In this document: piece by piece, positions 1-9,091 of the stretch
Layout of the letters: every line of letters begins with the position of its first letter
Position numbering within the stretch: the first letter of the stretch is position 1
From: Bacteriovoracaceae bacterium
Lineage (GTDB): Bacteria; Bdellovibrionota; Bacteriovoracia; Bacteriovoracales; Bacteriovoracaceae
NCBI GenBank assembly: GCA_049599895.1
Contig: JBMYPC010000038.1
Coordinates: forward strand, 1 to 24,422
Length of the DNA: 24,422 nt
Direction: 5' to 3'
Translations under genes and position numbers: made by a program
Notes under the pieces: generated by a model
Databases searched by the model: none
The model's input: the letters and a program-made list of their open reading frames with translations, nothing else
Told to the model about the DNA's origin: nothing

Positions 1-105
1 CCATTTTTGAAGAGTTTTAAAACCCGACATTTTTGTTCGGGCAGTTCTTGCTGGTTCCAACGATTTTGTCGGTTTAGGGCCTAAAATAGAGGGTGGAGAT
101 AGACT

Positions 106-1002
106 ATGACCAGTGTGGGTTCCTCTTTTAATGGTGTTGTGCATTATAAGTCAAAGCAGGATTTTATGGACAGTCGCGCCCTGAATCGTGATGTCAAAGA
201 GATAGCGAGCAAGGCCAGTGATGCTGTGAAGCCTGAGATTTCCAATGCTAAAAAGAAGCTCACTAGTGAAGTCCTCTCAAAGGGGCTTAAAAACCTCAAG
301 CCCGCTGTGGATATGGCCAAGAATATTGCTGGTGGAAAAGTTGCGGGTAGCGCAGAAAATGAAAAAGAGTCCAAGCAAAAGATGGAAGAGCTTGAAAAAG
401 CTCGGGCGTTAGATAAAGCCGCTGAACTTGAAAAAACTAATGAAGCGGAGAAAACCAACAAAGTCAAAAAACGAACGAAGCTTAGTGATAAACCTATGGT
501 GTTTGTTTTTAAGGGCTTTGAGCTATTTTCAAACGCTGAAAATGATGGACTTCAACAGCTTTCAGATCATGTCAAAGGTTCGAAGGTTTTCAACTGGTCC
601 GATGAAGATATTGCTTTTGAGGAAATTAAAAAGCATTCACTTTCCGCTCCGCTGGTTTTAATTGGTCATTCTCTCGGTGGAGATACAGCGGTCAATATTT
701 CTCAAAGATTAAACAATCTCGAAAACGGTTATCGTAAAGTCGACCTTCTTGTGACTCTGGATTCAGTCGGTCTTAATAATGATATTGTCCCCACCAATGT
801 TAATACGAATCTCAACTTTATAAGTGATGAGGGAGGGATCTTTAACGATGGGCCTAATATTGCAAGAGATACTGAAGAGACTGATGTGACTAACTTTCTA
901 AGACCTGAAGATCATCAAGAAATTGATAATAGCAATCCAATCCAAAAGAAAATCTATGACTCTGTCGCTGAAGTTCTAGGTGATGAAATTCAAAAATTCT
1001 AA
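106..1002 (+). CDS. Alpha/beta-hydrolase-fold protein with long K/E-rich N-terminal extension
   Basis: GHSLGG nucleophile elbow, LLVTLDSV and a C-terminal DHQEID His motif; GGAG SD upstream; N-terminal ~125 aa charged and low-complexity. Confidence 0.7.
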   Translation: MTSVGSSFNGVVHYKSKQDFMDSRALNRDVKEIASKASDAVKPEISNAKKKLTSEVLSKGLKNLKPAVDMAKNIAGGKVAGSAENEKESKQKMEELEKARALDKAAELEKTNEAEKTNKVKKRTKLSDKPMVFVFKGFELFSNAENDGLQQLSDHVKGSKVFNWSDEDIAFEEIKKHSLSAPLVLIGHSLGGDTAVNISQRLNNLENGYRKVDLLVTLDSVGLNNDIVPTNVNTNLNFISDEGGIFNDGPNIARDTEETDVTNFLRPEDHQEIDNSNPIQKKIYDSVAEVLGDEIQKF

Positions 1003-1686
1003 ATGGAACTTCAGGCGATTGCTAAAATTCACACTCCTTTTCGACAGAAATTTGGTGTTCCAAGACAAAGTCATCTTTTAAAAGAGCTTTCATGCTCGAT
1101 TGTTTTTGAAAAAGATTTTATTGATCCTAATTGGATTAGAGGCCTTGAAGAGATCTCTCATATATGGGTTATTTTTGGATTTCATTTGAATGAAACCAAA
1201 GAAAAGAATCCAACCACAAGACCTCCGAGATTAGGTGGGACTCAAAGAATGGGAGTCTTTGCAACGCGATCTCCTGATCGGCCCAATAATTTGGGTTTAA
1301 GCCTCGTGAAGATTGAAAGAATTGAAACAGATCAAAAGACATTAAAGGTTCATATTAAAGGAGGGGATTTTGTTCATGAAACTCCCATCTATGACCTTAA
1401 GCCGTTTCATCCAGAGGCAGATGTTTGTAAAGATGGGAGATTTGGTTGGATTGAGAATTTAGAAAACCCTTCACTTGAAGTTGTTTTTGATTTGATGGAG
1501 GGATCAGTTGAGGTGAGTGAAACTCTTAAGGTCGAAATCTCGCAAATTCTTTCTCATGATCCACGCCCCCCTCACCAATCAATCACGAAGTCTAAAATTT
1601 ATAAAATGAATTACTACCCTTATGAGGTTGAGTGGTTTGTAGACCATGAGAAAGTTATCGTTAAGAGTATTTTCAAAGACTCTTAA
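1003..1686 (+). CDS. tsaA: tRNA (N6-threonylcarbamoyladenosine(37)-N6)-methyltransferase TrmO/TsaA
   Basis: KFGVPRQ, RPPRLGG, GVFATRSPDRPNNLGLS, TPIYDLKP and DPRP motifs; ATG directly follows the upstream TAA. Confidence 0.92.
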   Translation: MELQAIAKIHTPFRQKFGVPRQSHLLKELSCSIVFEKDFIDPNWIRGLEEISHIWVIFGFHLNETKEKNPTTRPPRLGGTQRMGVFATRSPDRPNNLGLSLVKIERIETDQKTLKVHIKGGDFVHETPIYDLKPFHPEADVCKDGRFGWIENLENPSLEVVFDLMEGSVEVSETLKVEISQILSHDPRPPHQSITKSKIYKMNYYPYEVEWFVDHEKVIVKSIFKDS

Positions 1687-1953
1687 ATTCTGCTTCTCAA
1701 GTATTTTCTTAAACGTTCTGGATAAAGAGAGTCTGTGCTAGGAAAAAAGTAATCTCAAAACCACTATTTTCTAATGTTAGTGATTCTAGATTCATTCCAA
1801 CTTCAATAAGATCACGATGTTCTTCAATGGTAAATTGGTTGAAACAAAGCTTCCGTCCCAACAAGTCACGCTAATAGGATCTTTAGCCTGAGAAGAAAGT
1901 GAAAAAAGTGATGTTAGTAAAACTGCTACTAGTTTTTTCTTTAATGTCATCAT
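1683..1953 (-). pseudogene. Unannotated small secreted-protein gene broken by two single-base frameshifts (or two sequencing errors)
   Basis: AGGGAGG SD (1960-1966); ATG at 1953 opens MMTLKKKLVAVLLTSLFSLSSQA-KDPISVTCWDGS (signal peptide), stopping at 1792; adding one T in each of two T-runs gives a 90-aa ORF ending at TAA 1683-1685, overlapping the tsaA stop. Confidence 0.65.
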
Positions 1954-2051
1954 CGGGAACCTCCCTTATTTCTCATTTGCCCCACGGGACTTATGTCGAA
2001 ACCGATGAAATCAGTAAAATATTTGATTCGGATTATTGTAATAAAAGAAAT

Positions 2052-2861
2052 TTATGGCTTAAAGAATAGTGATATTGCATTTTGAGTGGTGATACTGATG
2101 ACCTCCTCAACATCTAAGTCCTTAATTTCTGCAATCTTTTGCGCGACTAAGGGGAGATATTTGGGAGTGTTGGGTCTGCCACGAAAAGGATCTGGAGTTA
2201 GAAAGGGGGAATCAGTTTCAATCAGAGTTTTTTCAATCGGAGCAAGCTTTACGGCCTCTCTGACCTCATGGGCATTTTTAAAGGTAATAATTCCGTTGAA
2301 ACCTAGGTAGTAGCCTAGGTTTAAAGCTTCCTCAGCTAAGTCGAGTTTAGAAGTGAAGCTATGAATGACACCTTTTTGTTTTTGAAGATCTTTGAAGTCA
2401 TCAAGAATTGTTTTAGTGTCTTCTTCGGCATCTCTTGAGTGAATGACAACTGGAAAATCAAGGTCTGTGGCAATATTCATCTGTGATCGAAAGGCTTCAA
2501 TCTGCTCTTTTCTAGGGGAGTTGTCATAATAATAATCAAGACCAATTTCACCAACGGCCACAACTTTATTATCAGAATTGGCATTTAATCGAATTTTTGC
2601 TTCAACCTCTTGATTGTAATCTTTAGCATCGTGAGGATGAATACCTTGAGTTGTATAGACGTTAGAATTTCTTTTCGCAATATCAATGACGCTATCAAGA
2701 TTACTCGGGGAGACGGCAATGGTAATAATTTTTTGGACGTTATATTCACCAGCTTCTTTGATTGCTTCTTCTGGTGATTGGTCCTTTAAGTAATCCAGAT
2801 GACAGTGCGTCTCTATAATTTCATTTTGAAATTTAGGAATACTTTTTTCTTTTTTTCCCAT
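2052..2861 (-). CDS. tatD: TatD family hydrolase/DNase
   Basis: ETHCHLD, GIHPH, GEIGLDY, IHSRDA, IHSF and ETDSPFL motifs. Confidence 0.93.
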   Translation of the reverse strand: MGKKEKSIPKFQNEIIETHCHLDYLKDQSPEEAIKEAGEYNVQKIITIAVSPSNLDSVIDIAKRNSNVYTTQGIHPHDAKDYNQEVEAKIRLNANSDNKVVAVGEIGLDYYYDNSPRKEQIEAFRSQMNIATDLDFPVVIHSRDAEEDTKTILDDFKDLQKQKGVIHSFTSKLDLAEEALNLGYYLGFNGIITFKNAHEVREAVKLAPIEKTLIETDSPFLTPDPFRGRPNTPKYLPLVAQKIAEIKDLDVEEVISITTQNAISLFFKP

Positions 2862-2863
2862 TA

Positions 2864-4015
2864 CTACTTAGTAGGAGCTCTTTTGATGAGCTCTTCAATT
2901 AAGATAAACATTTGAGTAGGAGGGAAAACTCCTTCAATTTTGACTCCGTTGACAAGCATTGTCGGAGTGGACTTAACACTAAAAGTTTTGGCCTCATCGA
3001 TCATTTGAACCACAGTATTTTTGATTTCTGGACCATTGTAACACTCTTCAACACCTTCCTTTTTAGCGTAGTCATCGAGCCATTTTTTAGAAAGTGTAGC
3101 TTGGTTGTTAAAGACGTCATCATGAATTGGTCCAAACTTTGAAGGGACGCAACCTGTAAGGTAAGCGGCACGACAAGCTTGGGTGTGGAAAGGTCTTTTA
3201 ATCTCCGAGTTACAGTTGTGATCAAGAGGGTAAAAGAAGTATTGCATATGTACATTTTGAGGAAACTTTTGAGCAATTTTATGAGTGACCTTTGAAAGTG
3301 CGGCACAGGCAGGGCACTGAAAGTCTGAAAAAATTGTGATGCGAACAGGAGCATCATCAAAAGGTTTTCCTGTTGTATCAAGTCTAAAGTTTGAATCCAT
3401 CTTGGGCTTTCCAAGTTTTGGATAGCTATCAAATTGTTGCATTAAACTTTGGGCAAGCTTAGAAGATTTACTGGTTTTGCTATTGACGTAATTCAGGGTG
3501 ATAAAAAAGGGAATAGCAAGAATGACACCTTTAATGGCCAAACTTTTTACATCAATTCCAGGAGAGGCAGAGTTCTTTAAAAAGAGAAAAAGTGTCACCC
3601 ATGAAAGGATGTAATAAACAGTACAAAATGGACAAAGACCACCAACAAAAAAGAGAGAGTAGATGAGAAGAAGCAAACATCCAACAGCATTAAGAATAAG
3701 GATACTATAAAGAGTTTTTTCATATCCCTCATTCTTAATTGCAAACCCTAGAAGAACGAGAAGACCAATGACTGCCCCGGGGATAGCAACAGGAACTCCA
3801 AAGATATTTGAAAACGTTGAAAGTGATGTTCCGTTACAGTTAAAGTAGGAATTGATATTACAAAGAGAGGATGAATTAGAAAGCTCACTTGGAAAGTGAA
3901 GACCAAAGTAGTGGCTCGTTAAATAGATACTGACTAGGATAATCGAAACACCTAAAACCATCAGGGCCATTTGAATATTAAACGAAGAATTTCTATAGAT
4001 TGATTTTTGGTCCAT
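2864..4015 (-). CDS. Vitamin K epoxide reductase (VKOR) domain fused to a DsbA/thioredoxin-like domain
   Basis: N-terminal TM helices with loop Cys pair (CNINSYFNC) and CPFC; C-terminal FSDFQCPAC and STPT cis-Pro motif. Confidence 0.88.
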   Translation of the reverse strand: MDQKSIYRNSSFNIQMALMVLGVSIILVSIYLTSHYFGLHFPSELSNSSSLCNINSYFNCNGTSLSTFSNIFGVPVAIPGAVIGLLVLLGFAIKNEGYEKTLYSILILNAVGCLLLLIYSLFFVGGLCPFCTVYYILSWVTLFLFLKNSASPGIDVKSLAIKGVILAIPFFITLNYVNSKTSKSSKLAQSLMQQFDSYPKLGKPKMDSNFRLDTTGKPFDDAPVRITIFSDFQCPACAALSKVTHKIAQKFPQNVHMQYFFYPLDHNCNSEIKRPFHTQACRAAYLTGCVPSKFGPIHDDVFNNQATLSKKWLDDYAKKEGVEECYNGPEIKNTVVQMIDEAKTFSVKSTPTMLVNGVKIEGVFPPTQMFILIEELIKRAPTK

Positions 4016-4076
4016 GTTCTTACCTTAAGATCTTATTAAGAGTTCAATAATATTATTTATTTAGATTAGCTTGGAT

Positions 4077-4679
4077 CTAGGAAAATTGAAATAGGTTCCA
4101 ATTGCGTTTGTCGGTTTTATTTTGACGATAGCTATGCAAATTGGCCTGATTGTGAGTACAAAGTTGACTAATCTCAACAGTTATACTCGAATCAAGCTCT
4201 TTGATTTGGTTGACCGCAACTTTCTCAAGATCAAAATAAACTTTATCAGCTTTGAAAGTAAAAGCGTCAGAGTTTGGAAAGTTCTCGGTAAAGTCCTGAG
4301 AAACTTCATAATTTAAAAGCTTTATATGAGGTCCAATATAGGCCCTCTGAATATCAATTTTTTTTAGTTCAGGATTAAAAAGAATTTGATTATGCAGTCC
4401 ACGCCAACCCGCATGAATCATCGCTACACCATTTATTCCTTCAAGAAGTATTGGCAAGCAGTCGGCAGTTTTGATGGAAAGATATGAAACTTTAGAAGAA
4501 TCGAAAGTATGAATAATGCCATCGGCTTCAAGAAGACCCTCAGAGTTTGAAATCTCTTTTGTTGAAACAATTTTATTTCCATGAACTTGTTTGACTTCGT
4601 AAAAACTTTCGAACTCAGGGCGATCGTTAAAAACGAGAAAGTTACCACATTTAAATTTTTTGTCTTCAACTAATTTCAT
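4077..4679 (-). CDS. pgeF: PgeF/YfiH (laccase-domain, purine nucleoside phosphorylase-like) protein
   Basis: KQVHG, ADG, TADCLPI, HAGWRG, IGPHI, CT and SYR motifs; overlaps rluD, the usual rluD-yfiH arrangement. Confidence 0.88.
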   Translation of the reverse strand: MKLVEDKKFKCGNFLVFNDRPEFESFYEVKQVHGNKIVSTKEISNSEGLLEADGIIHTFDSSKVSYLSIKTADCLPILLEGINGVAMIHAGWRGLHNQILFNPELKKIDIQRAYIGPHIKLLNYEVSQDFTENFPNSDAFTFKADKVYFDLEKVAVNQIKELDSSITVEISQLCTHNQANLHSYRQNKTDKRNWNLFQFS

Positions 4680-5655
4680 AGAGATAACTTTTTATCTTTT
4701 GAAAATGTTCAGGAGGCTCAGTCTCAAAGCGAAGAACTTCTTTTGTTACGGGATGTTCGATTCCAAGAACCTTTGCATGAAGGTAGGGTTCGTGAAAAGG
4801 GAGTGACTTAAGTCCATCAGGAATTTGATGAATCTGCTGCTTGGGATTGCCATAGAGTTCATCGCCTAAAATAGAAGCCTTGAGATACTGAGACATATGG
4901 ACTCTAATCTGATGAGTTCGTCCTGTATGAAGCAGACATTCTACGTGATGGATTTTTCCAAAAGATTTGAGATTTTTATAATGAGTAATAGCTATTTTTC
5001 CAACTTTTGGTTTGAGGGACATTTGAATTCTATTAGTTGGGCTTCTTCCAATTTGTGTTTCAATTTTTCCGCCGGCAGGGACTTCTGGGCCAATGCAGAT
5101 ACATTCATAACGTCTTTCAAGATCATGTTTTGAAAACTTCTCGATCAGGGCCCTATGGGTCGAAATATTTTTCGCCATGACCATAACACCACTTGTACCC
5201 TTATCGAGTCTGTGTACGAGACCTGGCCGTTTTTCTTCTCCAACCCCTTCGATATCTGGACAGTGATAAAGAACGGCATTGATAAGGGTTTTATCTGGAT
5301 GACCAGGAGCCGGGTGGACAACAAGGCCTTGAGGCTTATTAAGAAAGATCAGGTGCTCATCTTCAAACAGAATTTCGATGGGAATATTTTGTGGTTCTAA
5401 TTCTGTTGGAGGGGGTGGGGGAATGTTGATAACGACTTTCCCTGGCTGAGCAGGCATTTTCTTTAAGCTGAGGTTTTCCATCTCATCAGAGGTGATTTCG
5501 CCTGCTTCAAAAAGTGACTTAATTGTTGAGCGGCTTAGGCCGACTGTTTTTTCAACGAGAAAATGATCAAGTCTTTTAAACTGGGCGAGGTCTTCATCGG
5601 TGATTTCAATAATTGTCGATTGAGTATCAATTAATGAATTGTCTGATTCACACAT
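4666..5655 (-). CDS. rluD: RluA-family 23S rRNA pseudouridine synthase (RluD-like)
   Basis: N-terminal S4-like RLDHFL...SRS, NKPQGLVVHPAPG, HRLDKGTSG (catalytic Asp), TGRTHQIRVH and LHA motifs. Confidence 0.93.
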   Translation of the reverse strand: MCESDNSLIDTQSTIIEITDEDLAQFKRLDHFLVEKTVGLSRSTIKSLFEAGEITSDEMENLSLKKMPAQPGKVVINIPPPPPTELEPQNIPIEILFEDEHLIFLNKPQGLVVHPAPGHPDKTLINAVLYHCPDIEGVGEEKRPGLVHRLDKGTSGVMVMAKNISTHRALIEKFSKHDLERRYECICIGPEVPAGGKIETQIGRSPTNRIQMSLKPKVGKIAITHYKNLKSFGKIHHVECLLHTGRTHQIRVHMSQYLKASILGDELYGNPKQQIHQIPDGLKSLPFHEPYLHAKVLGIEHPVTKEVLRFETEPPEHFQKIKSYLYEIS

Positions 5656-5658
5656 GAA

Positions 5659-6342
5659 TTATGCAGTTGTTTGGCTTTTGAGTTTATGAAGATAGCTTGT
5701 TGCAACTAGCTCTGGATTAAGCTTAAGGCATTTCGCATATTGAAAGACAAAACCTCTTACATAGACAAGTGCTGGCAGACCTTCAGTATCTTCTTCTTCT
5801 ATCTTTTTAAGATAGGTCTTAGAGATTTTTGTCATTTCACTTAGACGAGTAATATCAACATTTCTGTATTCTCTAATTTTTTTAAGGAAGTCTCCTGAGA
5901 ATTCAGTGGCGCTTTCAATTTCTTTTTCAAACTCTGGATCAACTTTATACTCTAAAGAGAATCTCTTAACCGCCATAATCTTTGACATGGTATTTTCAGA
6001 ATTGGCCTTTGGCTTTTCTGTTGGGTCAATTGAAATTCCCGCGACAGGTGAGGTTTCGTATCTTCTGTTAAGTTCGGATTCCTTTGAGAGTTTATTAAAG
6101 CCCCGGGCCTCATCGTATTTTCTTCTTTTAATGGGATCTGAAATGATTGAGTAGGCTTCATCGATTAAGTTTAAAACTTCATCGCATTCTTCTTTTGTCA
6201 TTAAAGAGTAAAGAGCAAGGCTGTCTTGTGAATAAGCGTTCTTGGCCCTGATGTAGCCTTGTTTGACTTCGTCTTGATTGGCATCAATAGGAAGTTCTAA
6301 GATCTCATAATAATTTTTTTCTTTAGCACTACTCATAGTCAC
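5659..6342 (-). CDS. DnaJ-like (J) domain plus C-terminal RodZ-type helix-turn-helix protein
   Basis: NYYEILEL...EAYSIISDPIKRRKYD J-domain signature without HPD; C-terminal GDFLKKIREYRNV...TKISKTYLKKIEE...LPALVYVRGFVFQYAKCLKL matches the RodZ/HTH_25 pattern. Confidence 0.8.
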   Translation of the reverse strand: MTMSSAKEKNYYEILELPIDANQDEVKQGYIRAKNAYSQDSLALYSLMTKEECDEVLNLIDEAYSIISDPIKRRKYDEARGFNKLSKESELNRRYETSPVAGISIDPTEKPKANSENTMSKIMAVKRFSLEYKVDPEFEKEIESATEFSGDFLKKIREYRNVDITRLSEMTKISKTYLKKIEEEDTEGLPALVYVRGFVFQYAKCLKLNPELVATSYLHKLKSQTTA

Positions 6343-6378
6343 ATTCTTTGTTTAAAAATGATTGAGACTTAATTCTAG

Positions 6379-7383
6379 TTAATTAATGTTTAAAAGTCGA
6401 TGAACGATGCGATCAAATGAGTTCACAAGAGATGAGTTAGGGAATTCCATAAGAAGTGGTTTTCTTTTCTTCACACTTTGCCATACTGTAGCGTCGTAAT
6501 CCATATAGCCGATATAATCGATTTCAATTCCAAAATATTTTCGACAAATAATTTTCATTGAATGACCAATGTCAATGTCGGCCTGAGTTCTTGCTTGATT
6601 AATGACGAGCTTTGGTCTGAGTTTTTCGATTTCAGCTTTAAGCTTAAGTCCCATCTCTTCATTGATATCAATCACTCTTGAAATCAGCTCTGCAGGAGTG
6701 GCTTCGGCTTGGATTTTAGCGTTTAGGGCCTTATCAATTAAAGGTCCAATATCAAGAAGGTCTTCAGCGATTTTTAACTTGCGATGATAAATTGATCGAA
6801 TAAAACGATAAGTATTCTCGATAGAAGTTGGCTCAGGAAGTGCTGTGAGAATTCCTTGATCTGCCGAGATAAAAAAGTCGAGAGTGTTAAATGATGTTCC
6901 CGCACCTAAATCAAGAAGAACATAATCAGCATCGAGCTCTGTGAGCTTGCTAAGGATTTTATTCTTATGCATTTGTTTCAAGTTCGCCATTCCAACATCA
7001 TCTTGAGCACCACTAATAATCGAAAGGTTTTCAATCGGAGTGGGAGTCACAAGATCTCTTAATCGCGCTACTTTTTTAGTGAGGTAATCACTAAGGGTCT
7101 TTTCAGGAATAGGAACACCGAGACAGGTGTGAAGATTAGCTCCACCAAGGTCGAGATCAAGAGTGATGACCTTATAGCCCATAAGTGCAAGACAGATAGA
7201 AGTGTTAGCCGTGAGTAGACTTTTTCCAACTCCACCCTTTCCACCACCGATGGCCCAAATCTTTACATTTCTCTCAGGACTGAGTTCTGAAGAAATGAGA
7301 CTTTCCTCGTTTGATGAATTAAGGTTAAATTTTCCAACTTTCAATGCTTTAGCACTCCCGAAAAGTGTCTTTAATACTATCAT
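6379..7383 (-). CDS. MinD/FlhG-family P-loop ATPase
   Basis: Deviant Walker A GGGKGGVGKS, DLDLGGANLHT, DLGAGT, PEPTSIENTY and C-terminal amphipathic helix. Confidence 0.88.
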   Translation of the reverse strand: MIVLKTLFGSAKALKVGKFNLNSSNEESLISSELSPERNVKIWAIGGGKGGVGKSLLTANTSICLALMGYKVITLDLDLGGANLHTCLGVPIPEKTLSDYLTKKVARLRDLVTPTPIENLSIISGAQDDVGMANLKQMHKNKILSKLTELDADYVLLDLGAGTSFNTLDFFISADQGILTALPEPTSIENTYRFIRSIYHRKLKIAEDLLDIGPLIDKALNAKIQAEATPAELISRVIDINEEMGLKLKAEIEKLRPKLVINQARTQADIDIGHSMKIICRKYFGIEIDYIGYMDYDATVWQSVKKRKPLLMEFPNSSLVNSFDRIVHRLLNIN

Positions 7384-7419
7384 CTCTAAAAAGAGACGAA
7401 GTGTTAATACCTTTTCTTC

Positions 7420-7446
7420 TATTCGGAATATTATGAGACGGAATTA
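7420..7446 (-). promoter_or_regulatory. Possible sigma-28 (FliA)-type promoter for the FlhG-like operon
   Basis: Minus strand TAAT-N15-TCCGAATA versus consensus TAAA-N15-GCCGATAA. Confidence 0.35.
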
Positions 7447-7523
7447 ACGCGGAGGTTCTAGAGGAAGGGCTTTAGGCAAGTTTTATAGCGCTGCACAGAA
7501 AAGTTGATCTATGAGCTTCGATC

Positions 7524-8210
7524 ATGTCATACTTGTTTACTGTGTTATCTGTTACTGAAAAAAACAAAGATGATCTTGGACAGCTTCAGATGAAGAGCGA
7601 TTTTCATCTTGCGAGAAAGTTTTGGCACTCAGGTGTTGGTGTAGCGGGGATCAGCACCTATTATGTTTTGGGTGTGGACCCAAAGGCCCTTGGACAAGGA
7701 CTTCTTGTTTTTGCCATCACTGCTTTTATCGTCGAGTGGATAAGGCTCAATAAATCAAAAGCCCTCAACCAAGCCTTAACAAAACTCATGAAGCCTTTTA
7801 TGCGAGAGAGTGAAAAGCATAGTTATTCAGGCTTTCCTTTTTATGCTCTTGGTGTCTCTTTAAGTCTTATTTTTTTCAATGAGTGGATTGCTCTTCTTTC
7901 TATATTCTTTTTGGTTTTCGCTGACCCAATAGGTTCTTATTTTGGCATTCTTCATGGAACAAAAAAACTTATAGGAAACAAAAGTTTAGAAGGTTCAACA
8001 GCCTGTGGCTTTACTTGTTTTTTTATCACTGTGATTTATAGCCTTGTGACAATTGGTTTTCATGATTATCTGATTATTTTTGCTTTTATAGCTGGTGCAA
8101 TAGGTGCGATCTCTGAACTGGTTGCTGTCAATATTGATGACAATCTCGCAGTCCCCATTCTTTCTGCAGCTGGGCTCACAATCCTTAATAGTCTCTTTCA
8201 TTTAGTTTAA
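7524..8210 (+). CDS. Polyprenol/dolichol/phytol kinase-like (CTP-dependent) membrane protein
   Basis: RKFWH, ADPIGSYFG, KSLEGS and IDDNLAVP motifs; several TM helices. Confidence 0.82.
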   Translation: MSYLFTVLSVTEKNKDDLGQLQMKSDFHLARKFWHSGVGVAGISTYYVLGVDPKALGQGLLVFAITAFIVEWIRLNKSKALNQALTKLMKPFMRESEKHSYSGFPFYALGVSLSLIFFNEWIALLSIFFLVFADPIGSYFGILHGTKKLIGNKSLEGSTACGFTCFFITVIYSLVTIGFHDYLIIFAFIAGAIGAISELVAVNIDDNLAVPILSAAGLTILNSLFHLV

Positions 8211-8905
8211 TTGGGAATCAAGCTTTTCAATTCGATATGTTCATAATCCTTAATGGCCTCAACAACGGTTTGATCTTCTTCGAGAAGCTCTTGGTCTCTA
8301 AAAAGACTTTTTAGCAAACTTATCCGATCGGAGAGTGCCATATTCTCTAAGAGAATCTGTTTCACCATGGGGTCTTTCACCATTAACATTGAAATATTAT
8401 TAGTAAGCTTCTCTGTATCTGAAAGATAGTTTTGAAATTTCTCCCTCTCAAGAGAGTCTGAAACATAAACATCAAGCCATTTTGAAATAAGATGGCGAAG
8501 TTCATAAACATGGGCTCCATCAAAGACCTGCTCTTTTGCTTCATCTGGTAATGGTTTCACCGCATAAACAGGGTAGGGGATATTTTGTACAAGATGAGAG
8601 AGTTTTACTCGGCATACACCTTTAACGGCAATTCTCAGAACTCCTTGTTCTTGATCGTCATTGATAAGCTGAATTTGTCCCGCTGTACAGACATCAGAGG
8701 GAAGAGCATAAGGTTTAAAGCTTGCTCCTTCAGATTCATCGCGACTTTTAGAAATAATAATAAGAGAGTTGTTACTGAGGCAGTCTTGGATAATCTGCTT
8801 ACAAAGATTGTCTTGAACAGTCATAGGGAGCACTGTCTCTGGAAAGAAGACAACATTGGGTAAGGTAATAACTGGGACGGCCATAAATTGTTTTGGTGCT
8901 TGCAT
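8207..8905 (-). CDS. Stand-alone Lon peptidase N-terminal (substrate-binding) domain protein
   Basis: VPVITLPNVVFFPETVLPM, IAVKGVCRVKL, PYP and KQILLE..LSDRI; no AAA+ or Ser-Lys protease domain. Confidence 0.8.
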   Translation of the reverse strand: MQAPKQFMAVPVITLPNVVFFPETVLPMTVQDNLCKQIIQDCLSNNSLIIISKSRDESEGASFKPYALPSDVCTAGQIQLINDDQEQGVLRIAVKGVCRVKLSHLVQNIPYPVYAVKPLPDEAKEQVFDGAHVYELRHLISKWLDVYVSDSLEREKFQNYLSDTEKLTNNISMLMVKDPMVKQILLENMALSDRISLLKSLFRDQELLEEDQTVVEAIKDYEHIELKSLIPN

Positions 8906-9091
8906 TGCTCAATTTTATAACAACAATGATTGTTGCCACCTGAATGTCCAATCTTTTACTTAAATTTCGAAGGCTTAACTCTTTTACTCGCTTTATTTTC
9001 GGAATATCATTATCATTGAAATGCCCAATTTTTATTGGCACAGTGTAATTTTAGTAATTTAGTTTCAGTTAAAGAGTTTTAAAGAATTGAT

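Noticed and set aside
38..52. Sigma-54 promoter for the first ORF (CGGGCAGTTCTTGCT)
   Set aside because: GG-to-GC spacing is 9 nt rather than the required 10.
7349..7375. CIRCE element (TTAGCACTC half-site)
   Set aside because: The second arm GAGTGCTAA is missing and the site lies within the ATPase ORF.
8996..9020. Fur box (AATATCATTATCATT)
   Set aside because: Only about 12/19 match in AT-rich DNA, and the flanking genes are not iron related.
9036..9052. Sigma-54 promoter for manA (TTGGCAC)
   Set aside because: The -12 position reads AATT instead of TTGC.
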